Assembly: GCA_041862515.1 (NCBI GenBank)
Contig: JBGVTJ010000194.1
Coordinates: forward strand, 1-59,606
Direction: 5' to 3'
Length of the DNA stretch: 59,606 nt
DNA from: Thermodesulfobacteriota bacterium
GTDB lineage: Bacteria > Desulfobacterota > BSN033 > WVXP01 > G020346125
Made by a program: the position numbers and the translations under genes. Below are positions 48,698 through 59,094 of the stretch, piece after piece. The notes under the pieces were generated by a model. That model did no database searches. It saw nothing but the letters and a program-made list of their open reading frames with translations, and was not told the DNA's origin. Position 1 is the stretch's first letter, and the number at the start of each line of letters is the position of its first letter.

Positions 48698-50704
48698 TCA
48701 CTTTTTCTTCTTTGAAGGGAGCAACCCTGGAATCAGCTGCTCCAAGGCACCCTCCTTTTCTTCTCCCTTTTCCTTGGTGATTTCCTGCAAGAGTTTTGAG
48801 GCTTCCTCTTTTAACTGATCGCCTTTGACAATTCCGCTCAGATCAGGCCGGAATTTGGGATCCGAGAGGGTTCCGGAAATCATCACCGGCACCATCAAAC
48901 CGGATCTCAGCTTGGCGTCGCCCTGCCCCTCCAAGGTGCCCACAAACTTCGGTTCCACTCGGTAATCGATGGTCTCCCTTGGGAGGTTCACCTTCCCCTT
49001 TCCGACCACCCTCAGGAGGGGCGAGCTCATATAGGTGGTCGGATTGTCCAGGAGGCCATTCTTGATGGTAAAATTGCCCTTAATCTCTGAGAATTCCGTC
49101 CTGGGTTTTTCCCTTTGAGAAAGCTTCAAGGCAGCTCCCACGTTTCGAACCATTTGGGCGATATCGAATCCCACAATAGCCCCATCGGTAAACGCAAACT
49201 CTCCGGATCCGTTGAGAGTCTTCTTGACTTCTTCTGGCCCGGTCCCCTGCGCCCAGATGTCGGCCTTAAAATTTATAACCCCTTCAAATTTATCCGTGTA
49301 CCCGAGGTCTTTGAGGAGAGGGCCTGCCTGTACCTTACTCAGACGCTGTGAGGTTTTGATTGTGGGTATATCCTTTTGAACATTCAAGGTGATGTTACCC
49401 GAAACGGCGCCTTCATAGAGATTCATGGAGAAGGGATCCACGTGGATGATGCCATTCCTCGCATTTATTTTGAGGTTCACATCGGACACGTCGGCTCCGT
49501 GGACCTTCAAGCGCCCGATTCGAACCGTCCCATCCATCACGAGTTTCCGAAGGGGCGTGTAGCCCGGTTTCTCTTCCCGCTTCTGTTGGGGACCAATGGC
49601 TGGTTTCCCTTTTTCTTGAGCTTCTGCCGGGGGAGGAAGGTATCGGTCCAGATCGATCCTATCCAAGCCAAGGTTAAAGGAGAGGACCGGTTTTTCAAAC
49701 TGCTTGGCACCAACGTTAAAAGTCAAGGTGGAGTCATCCAGCTTAAGGAGTCCGTCTTTCATTGCTACGGCCTCGGTCGTTCCAGTAAGGGTTGTTTTCA
49801 GTGACAGCTCCTCGAGCGCATCGGGATCCCCGACCGTTTTCGAAAGATCTAACCCAGCCGCCTTAGCCAACTTCCGGGGGGAAAAAGGCTGGACTTCCAT
49901 GGTCAGATTGAATCGAGGTTGCCGACCAATGTCGGCAACGAACCCCTGAAGTTTGGCTACGAAGGAACCCAGTGCCTTAGCATTGATGAGGATTGGAACC
50001 TTTCCCTCTCCTGGAGGGGTACCCAGGGGACCCACCTTCCCTTTAATCTCCAGAGGCTGGCCGTCCAGACGCGCAGAGAGCTCAAGACCGATCGGTTGGT
50101 CGAGAGAAATCGTGTCAAGGGAAAGGCTTACGTCCGTAAGACGCTTTTCGGTCCCTTTTTGGTGATCAATCCATACAAGCTCGCCCGAGGTAATGGCAAA
50201 CTCCCCCACCATGAGGTTTTTGATGGTGAAAGGGGACTCTTTTTCAGGGACTGGCCTCTCTTTGGGGGTAGGCTTCTCTTCAGCCTTCTTCTTTTCCCGG
50301 GGTTTGACAAGATCTTCCCAATTTCCTCGACCACTCCTGCTTTTTTCCAGAGCAATCCGAGGCCCTTTCAGGATAAATCGCTTGACCTGAAAATCCTTCG
50401 AAATCAGGGGAATGAGCTTCACTCTGACCGCAAAATGTTCCACCGAAACAAAGTCCTTTTCCTTAAATCCCTTGGCGTTGCCGAAATGCACATCGGACAA
50501 GGAAACCCCAATCCACGGGAAGAGGGAAAGGTCAATATCCCCACCAATGGAGAAGGCTCTGCCCGTGGATTCGCTCACCATACCTTCAATTCTTGGTTTG
50601 TATTTATTGATATCCAAAAACCGGGGAATGATGAGGAGCAGAGCGACGATCAGAACAATCAATGCCCCTACTACAATCCCAACCCATTTTATGATCCTAG
50701 CCAT
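48698..50704 (-). CDS. AsmA family outer-membrane assembly protein
   Basis: N-terminal anchor MARIIKWVGIVVGALIVLIV plus the characteristic AsmA N- and C-terminal regions. Confidence 0.88.
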   Translation of the reverse strand: MARIIKWVGIVVGALIVLIVALLLIIPRFLDINKYKPRIEGMVSESTGRAFSIGGDIDLSLFPWIGVSLSDVHFGNAKGFKEKDFVSVEHFAVRVKLIPLISKDFQVKRFILKGPRIALEKSRSGRGNWEDLVKPREKKKAEEKPTPKERPVPEKESPFTIKNLMVGEFAITSGELVWIDHQKGTEKRLTDVSLSLDTISLDQPIGLELSARLDGQPLEIKGKVGPLGTPPGEGKVPILINAKALGSFVAKLQGFVADIGRQPRFNLTMEVQPFSPRKLAKAAGLDLSKTVGDPDALEELSLKTTLTGTTEAVAMKDGLLKLDDSTLTFNVGAKQFEKPVLSFNLGLDRIDLDRYLPPPAEAQEKGKPAIGPQQKREEKPGYTPLRKLVMDGTVRIGRLKVHGADVSDVNLKINARNGIIHVDPFSMNLYEGAVSGNITLNVQKDIPTIKTSQRLSKVQAGPLLKDLGYTDKFEGVINFKADIWAQGTGPEEVKKTLNGSGEFAFTDGAIVGFDIAQMVRNVGAALKLSQREKPRTEFSEIKGNFTIKNGLLDNPTTYMSSPLLRVVGKGKVNLPRETIDYRVEPKFVGTLEGQGDAKLRSGLMVPVMISGTLSDPKFRPDLSGIVKGDQLKEEASKLLQEITKEKGEEKEGALEQLIPGLLPSKKKK

Positions 50705-50847
50705 GATTTCCTCCTCCTTATATTGAAAAATATCCCTTCTCTTTAAAGCTTAATATCTTGCTTAAGATTTTGCAACGGGGGCTTCATTTTCAGTTCCCGG
50801 AGTATTTGACCGCATGGGGTTCTTTTGGGCTTTTTGCTATTTGGATT

Positions 50848-50856
50848 TGTTATAAT
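50848..50856 (+). promoter_or_regulatory. extended -10 promoter candidate (TGTTATAAT) upstream of the dehydrogenase gene
   Basis: TGnTATAAT at 50848-50856. No good -35 element. Confidence 0.3.
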
Positions 50857-50948
50857 GAGATTAACAACCGGAAAGGTGTGTATCTCCTGGAGAACAAAGG
50901 AAAGCTGAACAGAGGATCATATTCCTCTGAGGAAAAGGGGAAGAGGAT

Positions 50949-52088
50949 ATGAATAAGATGAGGCAATCCATGGGAGGATCTCCAATCGTATTCACTCAAT
51001 TGGTCTTCTTGGTTTTTTTGCTCTCTTGGTGGCCTGCAAAGGATAGTCAAGCACTGCCTATCAATAAGATCAAGCTGCCTCCGGGATTTAAACTGAGCCT
51101 TTTCGCGCGCAACGTGCCCAATGCCCGTTCCATGGCCCTGAGCCCCAATGGCACGCTCTTTGTCGGCACTCGAGAGAAAGGACGAGTGTACGCCCTGTTG
51201 GACTACAACGACGACAACCAAGCCGACGAGCTCATTACCATTGCCCGTGGATTGAACATGCCGAACGGGGTGGCATTTTGGAACGGATCGCTCTTCGTGG
51301 CCGAAGTGAGCCGCGTACTGCGGTTTGACGAGATTGAGACCCATCTCCACGATCCTCCAGCGCCTGTGGTGGTCTACGATGGTTTTCCTCGAGACAAGCA
51401 TCATGGCTGGAAGTTCATTCGGTTTGGGCCGGACGAAATGCTCTATATCCCGGTGGGAGCCCCGTGTAATGTGTGTGAAAAGGATGACGAACGCTACGCT
51501 ACGATCACGCGGATGAAACCCGAGGGGACAGGATTGGAGATCTTTGCTCATGGCGTTCGAAATTCGGTTGGTTTTGATTGGCATCCTACGACGAAAGAAC
51601 TGTGGTTCACCGACAATGGGCGGGATTGGTTGGGCGACGACCTGCCGCCGGACGAATTGAATCACGCGCCACGAAAAGGCTTGCACTTCGGCTTTCCTTA
51701 TTGTCATGGGAAGAACATTCCAGATCCCAAGTTCGGCGATAAACGACAATGCGGGAAATTCGTTCCGCCGGCGATAGAGCTCGGCCCCCATGTTGCCGCA
51801 CTCGGCATACGCTTTTACACGGGAAAGATGTTTCCCCATGAGTATCGAAACCAGATTTTCATAGCAGAACATGGATCATGGAATCGGAACACGCCCATTG
51901 GTTATCGCATCACGCTCGTAAGGATTCAAAACAATCGAGCGGTGAAATACGAAGTTTTCGCTGAAGGTTGGCTGCAGGGAAGCCGGGCCTGGGGGCGTCC
52001 TGTAGATGTGCTCGTTCTGCCTGACGGCGCCCTCTTGGTCTCGGACGATCGGGCCAATGCGATCTATCGGATCGGTTATCAGAAGTAG
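50949..52088 (+). CDS. PQQ-dependent sugar (sorbosone/glucose) dehydrogenase family beta-propeller protein
   Basis: Signal peptide. GVRNSVGFDWHP..LWFTDNGRDWLGDDLPPDELN and the FGFPYCHG motif. Confidence 0.85.
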   Translation: MNKMRQSMGGSPIVFTQLVFLVFLLSWWPAKDSQALPINKIKLPPGFKLSLFARNVPNARSMALSPNGTLFVGTREKGRVYALLDYNDDNQADELITIARGLNMPNGVAFWNGSLFVAEVSRVLRFDEIETHLHDPPAPVVVYDGFPRDKHHGWKFIRFGPDEMLYIPVGAPCNVCEKDDERYATITRMKPEGTGLEIFAHGVRNSVGFDWHPTTKELWFTDNGRDWLGDDLPPDELNHAPRKGLHFGFPYCHGKNIPDPKFGDKRQCGKFVPPAIELGPHVAALGIRFYTGKMFPHEYRNQIFIAEHGSWNRNTPIGYRITLVRIQNNRAVKYEVFAEGWLQGSRAWGRPVDVLVLPDGALLVSDDRANAIYRIGYQK

Positions 52089-52294
52089 GGTCATATTCAC
52101 TTGGATTGGCGGCATCTCATCCGGCAGGCGACGATAAAACCAGAGGGGCTGCCTACGATGAAAAAGCGGCCAGACGCTCTTGGAAACACATGCAGATGTT
52201 CTTCGAGGAAATCTTCTAGAATGGTCTGAGGTCAGCCGAAAAAAGGGATACTGATACTGACGCGGAACAAAGTTACCCGGAATGTCGAAACAGG

Positions 52295-52690
52295 TTGAGG
52301 CGGTTTGTGAAAAAGCTCGTACTTTCAGCGTTACCAGAGCGGTTAGCTATTTGCCGGCTTGGCCCGGATGAGGCGGTTCCCGATTGGGTTTTTTCGACGC
52401 CGTTCTGGTCAATCACGCGAACTGATGAGGAACTTTCATTAATCTTGCTAGAAGAGTTTGTTCCATCGAGTTGGAAATCAGAAAAAGGTTGGCGTTGCCT
52501 TAAAGTTCTTGGACCTCTCGATCTGTCCCTCACTGGCGTTCTCGCATCGCTCAGCGTTCCGCTTGCTCAGGCCGGAGTGAGTATCTTCGCGATCTCAACA
52601 CACGATACGGATTATCTTCTTGTGCGGAATGTCGATTTTGACAAGGCACGGGAGGTATTGGTCGGGCATGGACATCGATTCGGTCCATAG
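52295..52690 (+). CDS. ACT domain-containing protein (ACT_7/CASTOR-like)
   Basis: LAICRL..PFWSITRTDEELSLI..GVLASLSVPLAQAGVSIFAISTHDTDYLLV. Confidence 0.75.
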   Translation: MRRFVKKLVLSALPERLAICRLGPDEAVPDWVFSTPFWSITRTDEELSLILLEEFVPSSWKSEKGWRCLKVLGPLDLSLTGVLASLSVPLAQAGVSIFAISTHDTDYLLVRNVDFDKAREVLVGHGHRFGP

Positions 52691-52867
52691 ATGCGACGTG
52701 AAGGATCGAGCGCCCAGGGGCCGGAGAAAAAAGCCTACGAATCGTGCCTGGGACCGAATTTCTCTACCTTTCTCTGGGAAATTTCGAAGAACAATACTCG
52801 CCGAAGCCGCGGGGAGAAAAACCCGAGGCTTTCCCGCCACCCAAGAGAACAGCGCCTTGATCCCGCC

Positions 52868-53233
52868 TTAGTAATCGCGGTAACGGTAGCGATAGTATCC
52901 TCCCCGGTAACGATGGTCTCGATAGTAGGGTCGAAAGTAATACTTGTAACGGTAGGGGTATCTGTAATAGTATCCGTAGCGGTTGTGCCGATGATTGTAG
53001 TGGCGCCCGTGGTGATATCTTTTATACCCAAAAGAGTATCCGTGACCGTGATGGCTCCCTATTCCGAATCCAAAGGACAAATGCGTTGAGCCTACCAGCT
53101 GGACGTTGGATGATGAAACTGCTGGCTGGGCAGCCTTTCTCTCGAAATCAACCTGAGCTGTATGTCCTCGAGTTCCGGTCAATAAAACCCCAACCGTCAG
53201 TAGAAAGAGGAAAAGGTATTTATGCGAATTCAT
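52868..53233 (-). CDS. secreted low-complexity Tyr/Arg/His/Gly-rich protein
   Basis: A signal-peptide-like N-terminus (MNSHKYLFLFLLTVGVLLTG) is followed by ..GSHHGHGYSFGYKRYHHGRHYNHRHNRYGYYYRYPYRYKYYFRPYYRDHRYRGGYYRYRYRDY. Confidence 0.55.
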   Translation of the reverse strand: MNSHKYLFLFLLTVGVLLTGTRGHTAQVDFERKAAQPAVSSSNVQLVGSTHLSFGFGIGSHHGHGYSFGYKRYHHGRHYNHRHNRYGYYYRYPYRYKYYFRPYYRDHRYRGGYYRYRYRDY

Positions 53234-53333
53234 GACTTAACCCCTTTTTATGTTTTAGACATTTACATACCTCTCATTAAATTATATAAAAATGCATGAA
53301 AAGGATTCAATCGAAAGGGGAGGATAAATCCCC

Positions 53334-54035
53334 GTGCTCAATCCCCCATTTTCAGGCTCGATTCCCATCTACATTGCCTTGGGGCTCCTTATCATTAGCC
53401 TGGCGCTCCTCATCGGCTTCATCTACAGAAGGGTATATCGCCTCATTTGTCGTCTGCGGCGTAGACCCATCGCCCGGGTTGGTATCGTTACCAGTACGCT
53501 CCGGCTGCTCCTGATTCTGCTGGCGGTTGCTGTCTCGGCCGCCATTTTATTCCTGTTCGCCTTCATCCAGTCTTACACCGCCTTCACTCACCGAGAACTG
53601 GCCGCCGAGGTGTATTGTACACCGGTGTCCGGGGAGAAGGATAAGATGACCCTTTGGCTCGTGACATTTGAGTCACCATCCCTCGGCTACCTTAGTCAAT
53701 ATAGGCTGGATGGCCAACAATGGGCCATCGAAGGGCATATTTTGAAGTGGGACGAGTGGCTCAATTTTTTCGGCCTTCGCACGATGTACAAGCTCTCACG
53801 CTTGAGGGGTCGCTACTTGCGGGCCGAAGACGAAAGGAGCAAACCTGTTACGGCATACGGTTTGGCCATGGACGAAGAGGATCCACACTGGCGCTGGCTG
53901 TACAAATACGGTGCACGTCTCCCTTTTGTAAGTGCCGTTTACGGCAACACGGTATTCACCTTCCCCTCCGAAACGAAGACCTATCGAATCTACATAACAA
54001 CATCGGGCTTTATGATTGAGGAAGTGGAGAAGTAG
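53334..54035 (+). CDS. hypothetical membrane protein (2 TM, conserved-looking soluble C-domain)
   Basis: 233-aa ORF with a GTG start, in the GC-rich block. No family recognised. Confidence 0.5.
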   Translation: MLNPPFSGSIPIYIALGLLIISLALLIGFIYRRVYRLICRLRRRPIARVGIVTSTLRLLLILLAVAVSAAILFLFAFIQSYTAFTHRELAAEVYCTPVSGEKDKMTLWLVTFESPSLGYLSQYRLDGQQWAIEGHILKWDEWLNFFGLRTMYKLSRLRGRYLRAEDERSKPVTAYGLAMDEEDPHWRWLYKYGARLPFVSAVYGNTVFTFPSETKTYRIYITTSGFMIEEVEK

Positions 54036-54137
54036 CCGGTGAAACCTATGAAGCAAATCTTCTCCCATGATTTGACTTCTCCTAAGGCCTCTAATGCCCT
54101 TCCCGGATGGCGGGGGACCCGTAGAACTCCCTGTACG

Positions 54138-55484
54138 TTACTGATTCCCTGGCCCTTCCGGGATGTCCGGGGCCGCTTCTGCTCCGCCGATCCGCACCTT
54201 GAGTTCTCCGCTCCGCACGTGCAGGTCACGTTGTGGGAAGGGAATCTCGATACCAGCGCCTTTGAGCTTGTACCAGATAGAGTAGTAGAGGGCACTGCTC
54301 ACCTGGGGTGCCTGCCATGGGTCGTCAATCCAGGCCCGCAGTTCGAAATCGATAGAGCTATCGCCGTAACCCTTGAACAACACGTCGGATCGGGGAGAAT
54401 CCAGCACCCGTTCATCTTCCCCCGCCGCCTGAAGCAGTAGATCCCGGACCTGGTTGGGATCGGCCGAGTAGCTCACCCCTACCGGAACATCCACCCTGAT
54501 GAGCCGGTCCCGGTAGCTGAAATTGGTCACCTGGGAGGTCACCAGGTCGCTGTTGGGAACGATGATCTCATGCCCCGCGCGGGTGCGTACCACACTGCTC
54601 CGCATTCCGATGCTGATCACCCGGCCGTCGGTTCCCCCCACGGTGACGATGTCTCCCTTCTTCACCGTGCGCTCGACGAGTATGATGAGCCCGCTCACGA
54701 AATTGTTCACCACGTTCTGTAGGCCGAACCCGATACCGACGCCCAGGGCTCCGAAGGCGATTTTGAGGGCACTGAGGTCGAAGCCCAGGGTGTCCACGGC
54801 AACAAAGATGCCGAGGCCCACCAGGCCATACCGTATAAGCGTGGCCAGGCTTTCGCTGAGGGTCCGGTCAACCCCAAGTCCAGGCAGGAAGCGCGAACCC
54901 AGGAATGCCGCCACGAGACGTGCTAAGAGTACGAAGACCGCCACCAAGGCAATGGCGATCAGGAAGGAGAGCGCCGAGATCCTCGTCTGGCCGATGCTAA
55001 GGAACGGACGCCCCAGCCATCCAACGATTGTCCCGAGAACGTCAAGCTGCTGGAGAGTTGCCAGAAGGAAGACGAGGGGAATCGCTCCCCTTCGAATCCT
55101 CCGCCGTCGATCCCCGGGAGGGAGGACATCCTTCGCCAGCACACTCAGGACCCGGTAGAGGAGGAAAAACCAGAGGATGGGAAGGACCCGAAAGGGATCG
55201 CCAGCGGATTCTGGCGCAACGCGAACCCAGATCCTGAACCCCAAGTAGACCAGTACGAGGGCCCAGAGGGGCCAAAGCGATACCTCAAACAGCTCCAGCG
55301 CAATGCGCAGAGCCCGCGATCGAACAACCCGTGGAGATTTTCGCCGCCTGCGAACGACGCGCATACTGATCCATCCCGGAAAATAGGCCATGACTGAGAC
55401 GGCCACAAGGAGTGCCAGGTGGCGCAACCACAGTTGGTTGGCCAGAGCCTGCAGTTGTTCGAGGGTGGTGTCCAGAAGATTCAT
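54138..55484 (-). CDS. mechanosensitive ion channel (MscS family)
   Basis: Multi-TM N-terminus plus the MscS beta-domain motif GDIVTVGGTDGRVISIGMRSSVVRT..G..IIVPNS. ATG at 55484 with a GGAGGG SD. Confidence 0.88.
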   Translation of the reverse strand: MNLLDTTLEQLQALANQLWLRHLALLVAVSVMAYFPGWISMRVVRRRRKSPRVVRSRALRIALELFEVSLWPLWALVLVYLGFRIWVRVAPESAGDPFRVLPILWFFLLYRVLSVLAKDVLPPGDRRRRIRRGAIPLVFLLATLQQLDVLGTIVGWLGRPFLSIGQTRISALSFLIAIALVAVFVLLARLVAAFLGSRFLPGLGVDRTLSESLATLIRYGLVGLGIFVAVDTLGFDLSALKIAFGALGVGIGFGLQNVVNNFVSGLIILVERTVKKGDIVTVGGTDGRVISIGMRSSVVRTRAGHEIIVPNSDLVTSQVTNFSYRDRLIRVDVPVGVSYSADPNQVRDLLLQAAGEDERVLDSPRSDVLFKGYGDSSIDFELRAWIDDPWQAPQVSSALYYSIWYKLKGAGIEIPFPQRDLHVRSGELKVRIGGAEAAPDIPEGPGNQ

Positions 55485-55734
55485 AAGCCCTCCGGGGAGA
55501 GAGGTTCCGCCTCGGATGTTACCGACAGGCCGCAGGAAAACGCCGGGATGTATTTCAATACCTGACCCGTTTGACCCTTTTCGAACGACCCGGCAACTCC
55601 TAACGGTCCTACCACGAACCTCTTCTCCCTGAAATATCATGTTTCCAGGGTTAGCCCAAAAATCTCTTTACTTTTATGATCTCTATGGTATCACGTCTCT
55701 AGGGGCTGTTGCTAAAATCCCCTTTCGCTGTCTG

Positions 55735-55770
55735 AAAAGAATTTTTGATCATTCTAAAGTTTGCTTCACT
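55735..55770 (+). repeat. R5 repeat copy, with a partial second copy near 55818-55832
   Basis: The CATTCTAAAGTTTGCTTCACT core matches 16105-16125. Confidence 0.75.
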
Positions 55771-56263
55771 GCAAACCTAAAACTCGCCCTTTGGGCTCAA
55801 ACATTAGGTTTGCGGCCGTTTCGCTTCACTAAGAATCGTTACCAAAAATTCTTTAATGTTCGCTCCAGGAGATTTGGGCAACAGCCCGTCAAGATTTTAC
55901 CCCGACATATCGACATTCCCCATTCAATACTCTTTGAGCTCTTTGTGAAAACCTTCCCTTCACGACAATTGCAGTCGGTGCTCAAGGCGAGATTCTGCCC
56001 GGTTGGTTGTATGCTAACAAAAAGTATACGGGAAATCGACTCAAAACTCGACTCTGAGAGAGTGGCCTATCGTTTTGGTGAACTGCGAAAACCTTTCTTA
56101 GTTGAAGATTTCTTGTGGAAAATAGAGCGTGCGGGTTATTTAATAGGCGATTAAGTAACTGATAAATTCGATGGAGGGACACGTAATGCCGTTGGAGTTC
56201 CGGCCCTTGAAACAGTGAAAGCATGGCTTTCCATCAAGTTGCTGAGGACAAAAAGGAGACATA

Positions 56264-57145
56264 CTAGGCTTTCGCCTCTTCTCTGAGTCTGAGTTCAGCC
56301 AGGGCCACGCCAATCACAATGAGAATGCCCCCAGCCAGAGAAACCGCTGAAAGCATTTCCCCTCCATAGAATCGGGCAGAGACCGCGCAGAAGAGAGACT
56401 CCGTCAATAGAATCAGGGCCGCCCTGGCCGGGGGGGTGACTCGCTGGGCCCTCGTCTGCGCCACAAAGGCAAAAACCGTGGCAAAAAGTCCGGTAAAAAT
56501 CACGCTCTTCCAGACGGAAAGAGAGATGCCAGATGGGAGAGACGAGAGAGAAGAGATCGCGAAGGGAAAGCTTAATAGGGCCACCACACCAATCTGGACC
56601 GTTGCTAGAAGATAGACATCCATGATCGGCGCATATTTCCCCGTACAAAGGATGTGCAGGGCGACAAAAATGGCACAGAGCACAACCAACACGTCGCCTC
56701 GGTTGAATCCTTCCCAGTGCCCACCAGTCAGGAGAAAAAGGCCTACCGTAGCAAGGACGATCCCGAGGACCGTGAGAGGTTTGGGCATGTGCTTGAAAAT
56801 CACGATGGAGAGAGTTGGAACAAAGATTCCATTGAGCCCGGTGATAAAACCGGCATTGGAGGCTGAAGTATGGGCAAGGCCCGTGGTTTGAAAGGCATAG
56901 GCTAAGAATAAGAAAACTCCCAGGACACTGCCAGCGAAAACGATGAACTTATCGACTCTGGGAAGTCTTTTAGCAAAGATCAGGATCATGAGGAGAAAGG
57001 AGAGGGTAAACCGAAAGAAGAGGAAAGGATAGACTCCCACCTCGGCGATGGCCTCCTTCACCATGATGAACGTGAACCCCCAAAAAAAAGCCACCAGCAG
57101 CAGCACAAAATCAGCAATTATGGATGCATCTTTTGTTAATCCCAT
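56264..57145 (-). CDS. DMT superfamily transporter (EamA family)
   Basis: Ten-TM pattern with two EamA repeats. GGAGGAAATAC precedes the ATG at 57145. Confidence 0.85.
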   Translation of the reverse strand: MGLTKDASIIADFVLLLVAFFWGFTFIMVKEAIAEVGVYPFLFFRFTLSFLLMILIFAKRLPRVDKFIVFAGSVLGVFLFLAYAFQTTGLAHTSASNAGFITGLNGIFVPTLSIVIFKHMPKPLTVLGIVLATVGLFLLTGGHWEGFNRGDVLVVLCAIFVALHILCTGKYAPIMDVYLLATVQIGVVALLSFPFAISSLSSLPSGISLSVWKSVIFTGLFATVFAFVAQTRAQRVTPPARAALILLTESLFCAVSARFYGGEMLSAVSLAGGILIVIGVALAELRLREEAKA

Positions 57146-57381
57146 GTATTTCCTCCAATGGTTCGTACACAATACCAATCAGCTGTCCGCTTCGTCAAGA
57201 TCCTCAATCCCCTCAACAAATCTATTGACATTATGTGAAAATCCTTTATAAAGGGAGAGTGCAAAGTTTTGGTTTTGTAGAGAGGGGGGGTGATTGAGCA
57301 AGAGGTTCGTAAAAGGTGGGGGGCACGGCGCCCAGAGTGTTTTTCGGATTTTCTATCCACAAAAAATAGAGGAGGTTAAAA

Positions 57382-58230
57382 ATGAGGAAAATACTGATCG
57401 TATTCTTGACTTTGTTATTTGTTGGTTCGTATTTTGTGGGCCCTGCCATGGCGGTCTCAACAGAAGAAATCACCAAGGCTTCTGCTCTTGAGGAAATCAT
57501 AAAGAGGGGAGAGCTTTGGGTCGGCCTGGAAGCCGGTTATCAGCCCTTTGAGATGCAGGATGAGAAAGGAAATATCGTAGGCTTCGATGTGGACATGGCC
57601 TATGAGATGGGCAAGGCCCTTTTCGGCGAGGGGGGGGAGAAAAAGGTTAAGCTTATCAATACGGCCTGGGAGGGAATCATCCCGGCCCTCATGACACACA
57701 AGTTCGACATCATCATGTCGGGCATGACGATTCTCCAGAGCCGAAACCTCAAGGTCAACTTCTGTGAGCCCTATTACTATATCGGACAGTGCCTGCTGAT
57801 CCACAAGAAGGACAAGGACAAATACACGCACTACAGAGATCTCAACAAGAAAGGCGTGATTGTCACCAGCAAGCTGGGGGTCACGGGTGCGTTTACTGCC
57901 GAAAAGGTGATGCCCAATGCCACCCTTCGACTGTTCAAGACAGAGGCGGAAGGGGCCTTGCAGGTGGCCAACGGGGTAGCGGATGCTTTTATCTACGATG
58001 AACCCCAGGTTCGGGTCTTTGCAGCCATGTATAGGGACAAAACCGTGGGGATCTTTGAGCCCATCACCTATGAACCTCTGGCATGGGCCATTAGGAAGGG
58101 AGACGTGGACTGGCTCAACTGGCTCAATAATTTCCTGGCGCAGGTTCGTGGCGATGGCCGCTGGGAGAAATGCAAACAAAAGTGGTTCGTAGACTACATA
58201 ATAGAAGTGGCCGGGAAAGAGAAAAAGTAG
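57382..58230 (+). CDS. amino-acid ABC transporter substrate-binding protein (family 3 SBP)
   Basis: Signal peptide. GFDVDMA..ALMTHKFDIIMSGMT motifs. Confidence 0.9.
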   Translation: MRKILIVFLTLLFVGSYFVGPAMAVSTEEITKASALEEIIKRGELWVGLEAGYQPFEMQDEKGNIVGFDVDMAYEMGKALFGEGGEKKVKLINTAWEGIIPALMTHKFDIIMSGMTILQSRNLKVNFCEPYYYIGQCLLIHKKDKDKYTHYRDLNKKGVIVTSKLGVTGAFTAEKVMPNATLRLFKTEAEGALQVANGVADAFIYDEPQVRVFAAMYRDKTVGIFEPITYEPLAWAIRKGDVDWLNWLNNFLAQVRGDGRWEKCKQKWFVDYIIEVAGKEKK

Positions 58231-58296
58231 ATGAAACAGACAAAGGGGGGAGACACGTCAGCATCCCCCCTTTCGCCTGTTTAGAGGAGGCTACGT

Positions 58297-59094
58297 GTGA
58301 CTTTCAATAAAAGATCACTGATTACCCTCGGCATACTCGTCATCATTATGGGATATATCTATTACTTCTTCACGGAGAAGGGTATTACCTACATATGGCA
58401 TTGGGAAAGAATTCCCGAGATGCTCTTCTACCATGGCCCCAAGTCTGCCGATGACCCGGCGCCCCGGCTCCGGATGGGCATCCTGATGATCGGCTTCGTG
58501 TTGACGTTGAAAATCTCCCTCTTTTCGATCGTCTTCGGCATCTTCATCGGAACCGTCGTGGGCATCGCCAGGCTCTCCCACGAACCGGTAACCCGGAGGC
58601 TTGCACATGCGTACGTGGAACTCATCCGGAACACACCGCTCCTCGTCCAGATATACATCATCTACTTCTTTGTGGGATCCATGTTGAGACTTTCCGCCTT
58701 TGCTGCCGGCACGGCCGCTCTGTCGATCTTTGCAGGTGCCTACGTGGCGGAAATCGTCCGGGCGGGCATACAATCGATCCACAAGGGACAGATGGAGGCG
58801 GCACGATCCCTTGGCATGAACTATGCCCAGGCCATGCGCTATGTTATTCTCCCTCAGGCTTTCAAGCGGATCATACCGCCCCTGGCAGGCCAGTTCATCT
58901 CCTTGATAAAGGACTCCTCCCTGGTCTCGGTCATTGCCTTGGCCGACCTGATGTTTCAGGGTCAACAAGCCGTGGCACGGACCTACCATGCCTTTGAAAT
59001 ATACTTTACCGTGGCCTTCCTGTATCTCGTCATGACCTTTACGCTTTCCATGGCTACACAATACTTAGAAATGAGGCTGGCAATCAGTGATTGA
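58297..59094 (+). CDS. amino-acid ABC transporter permease (His/Glu/Gln/Arg/opine family)
   Basis: EAA-loop region MEAARSLGMNYAQAMRYVILPQA. Confidence 0.9.
   Translation: MTFNKRSLITLGILVIIMGYIYYFFTEKGITYIWHWERIPEMLFYHGPKSADDPAPRLRMGILMIGFVLTLKISLFSIVFGIFIGTVVGIARLSHEPVTRRLAHAYVELIRNTPLLVQIYIIYFFVGSMLRLSAFAAGTAALSIFAGAYVAEIVRAGIQSIHKGQMEAARSLGMNYAQAMRYVILPQAFKRIIPPLAGQFISLIKDSSLVSVIALADLMFQGQQAVARTYHAFEIYFTVAFLYLVMTFTLSMATQYLEMRLAISD

Noticed and set aside
50850-51872. A 340-aa ORF on the minus strand.
   Set aside because: It is fully antisense to the strongly family-like PQQ-dependent dehydrogenase gene (50949..52088) and has no recognisable motifs.
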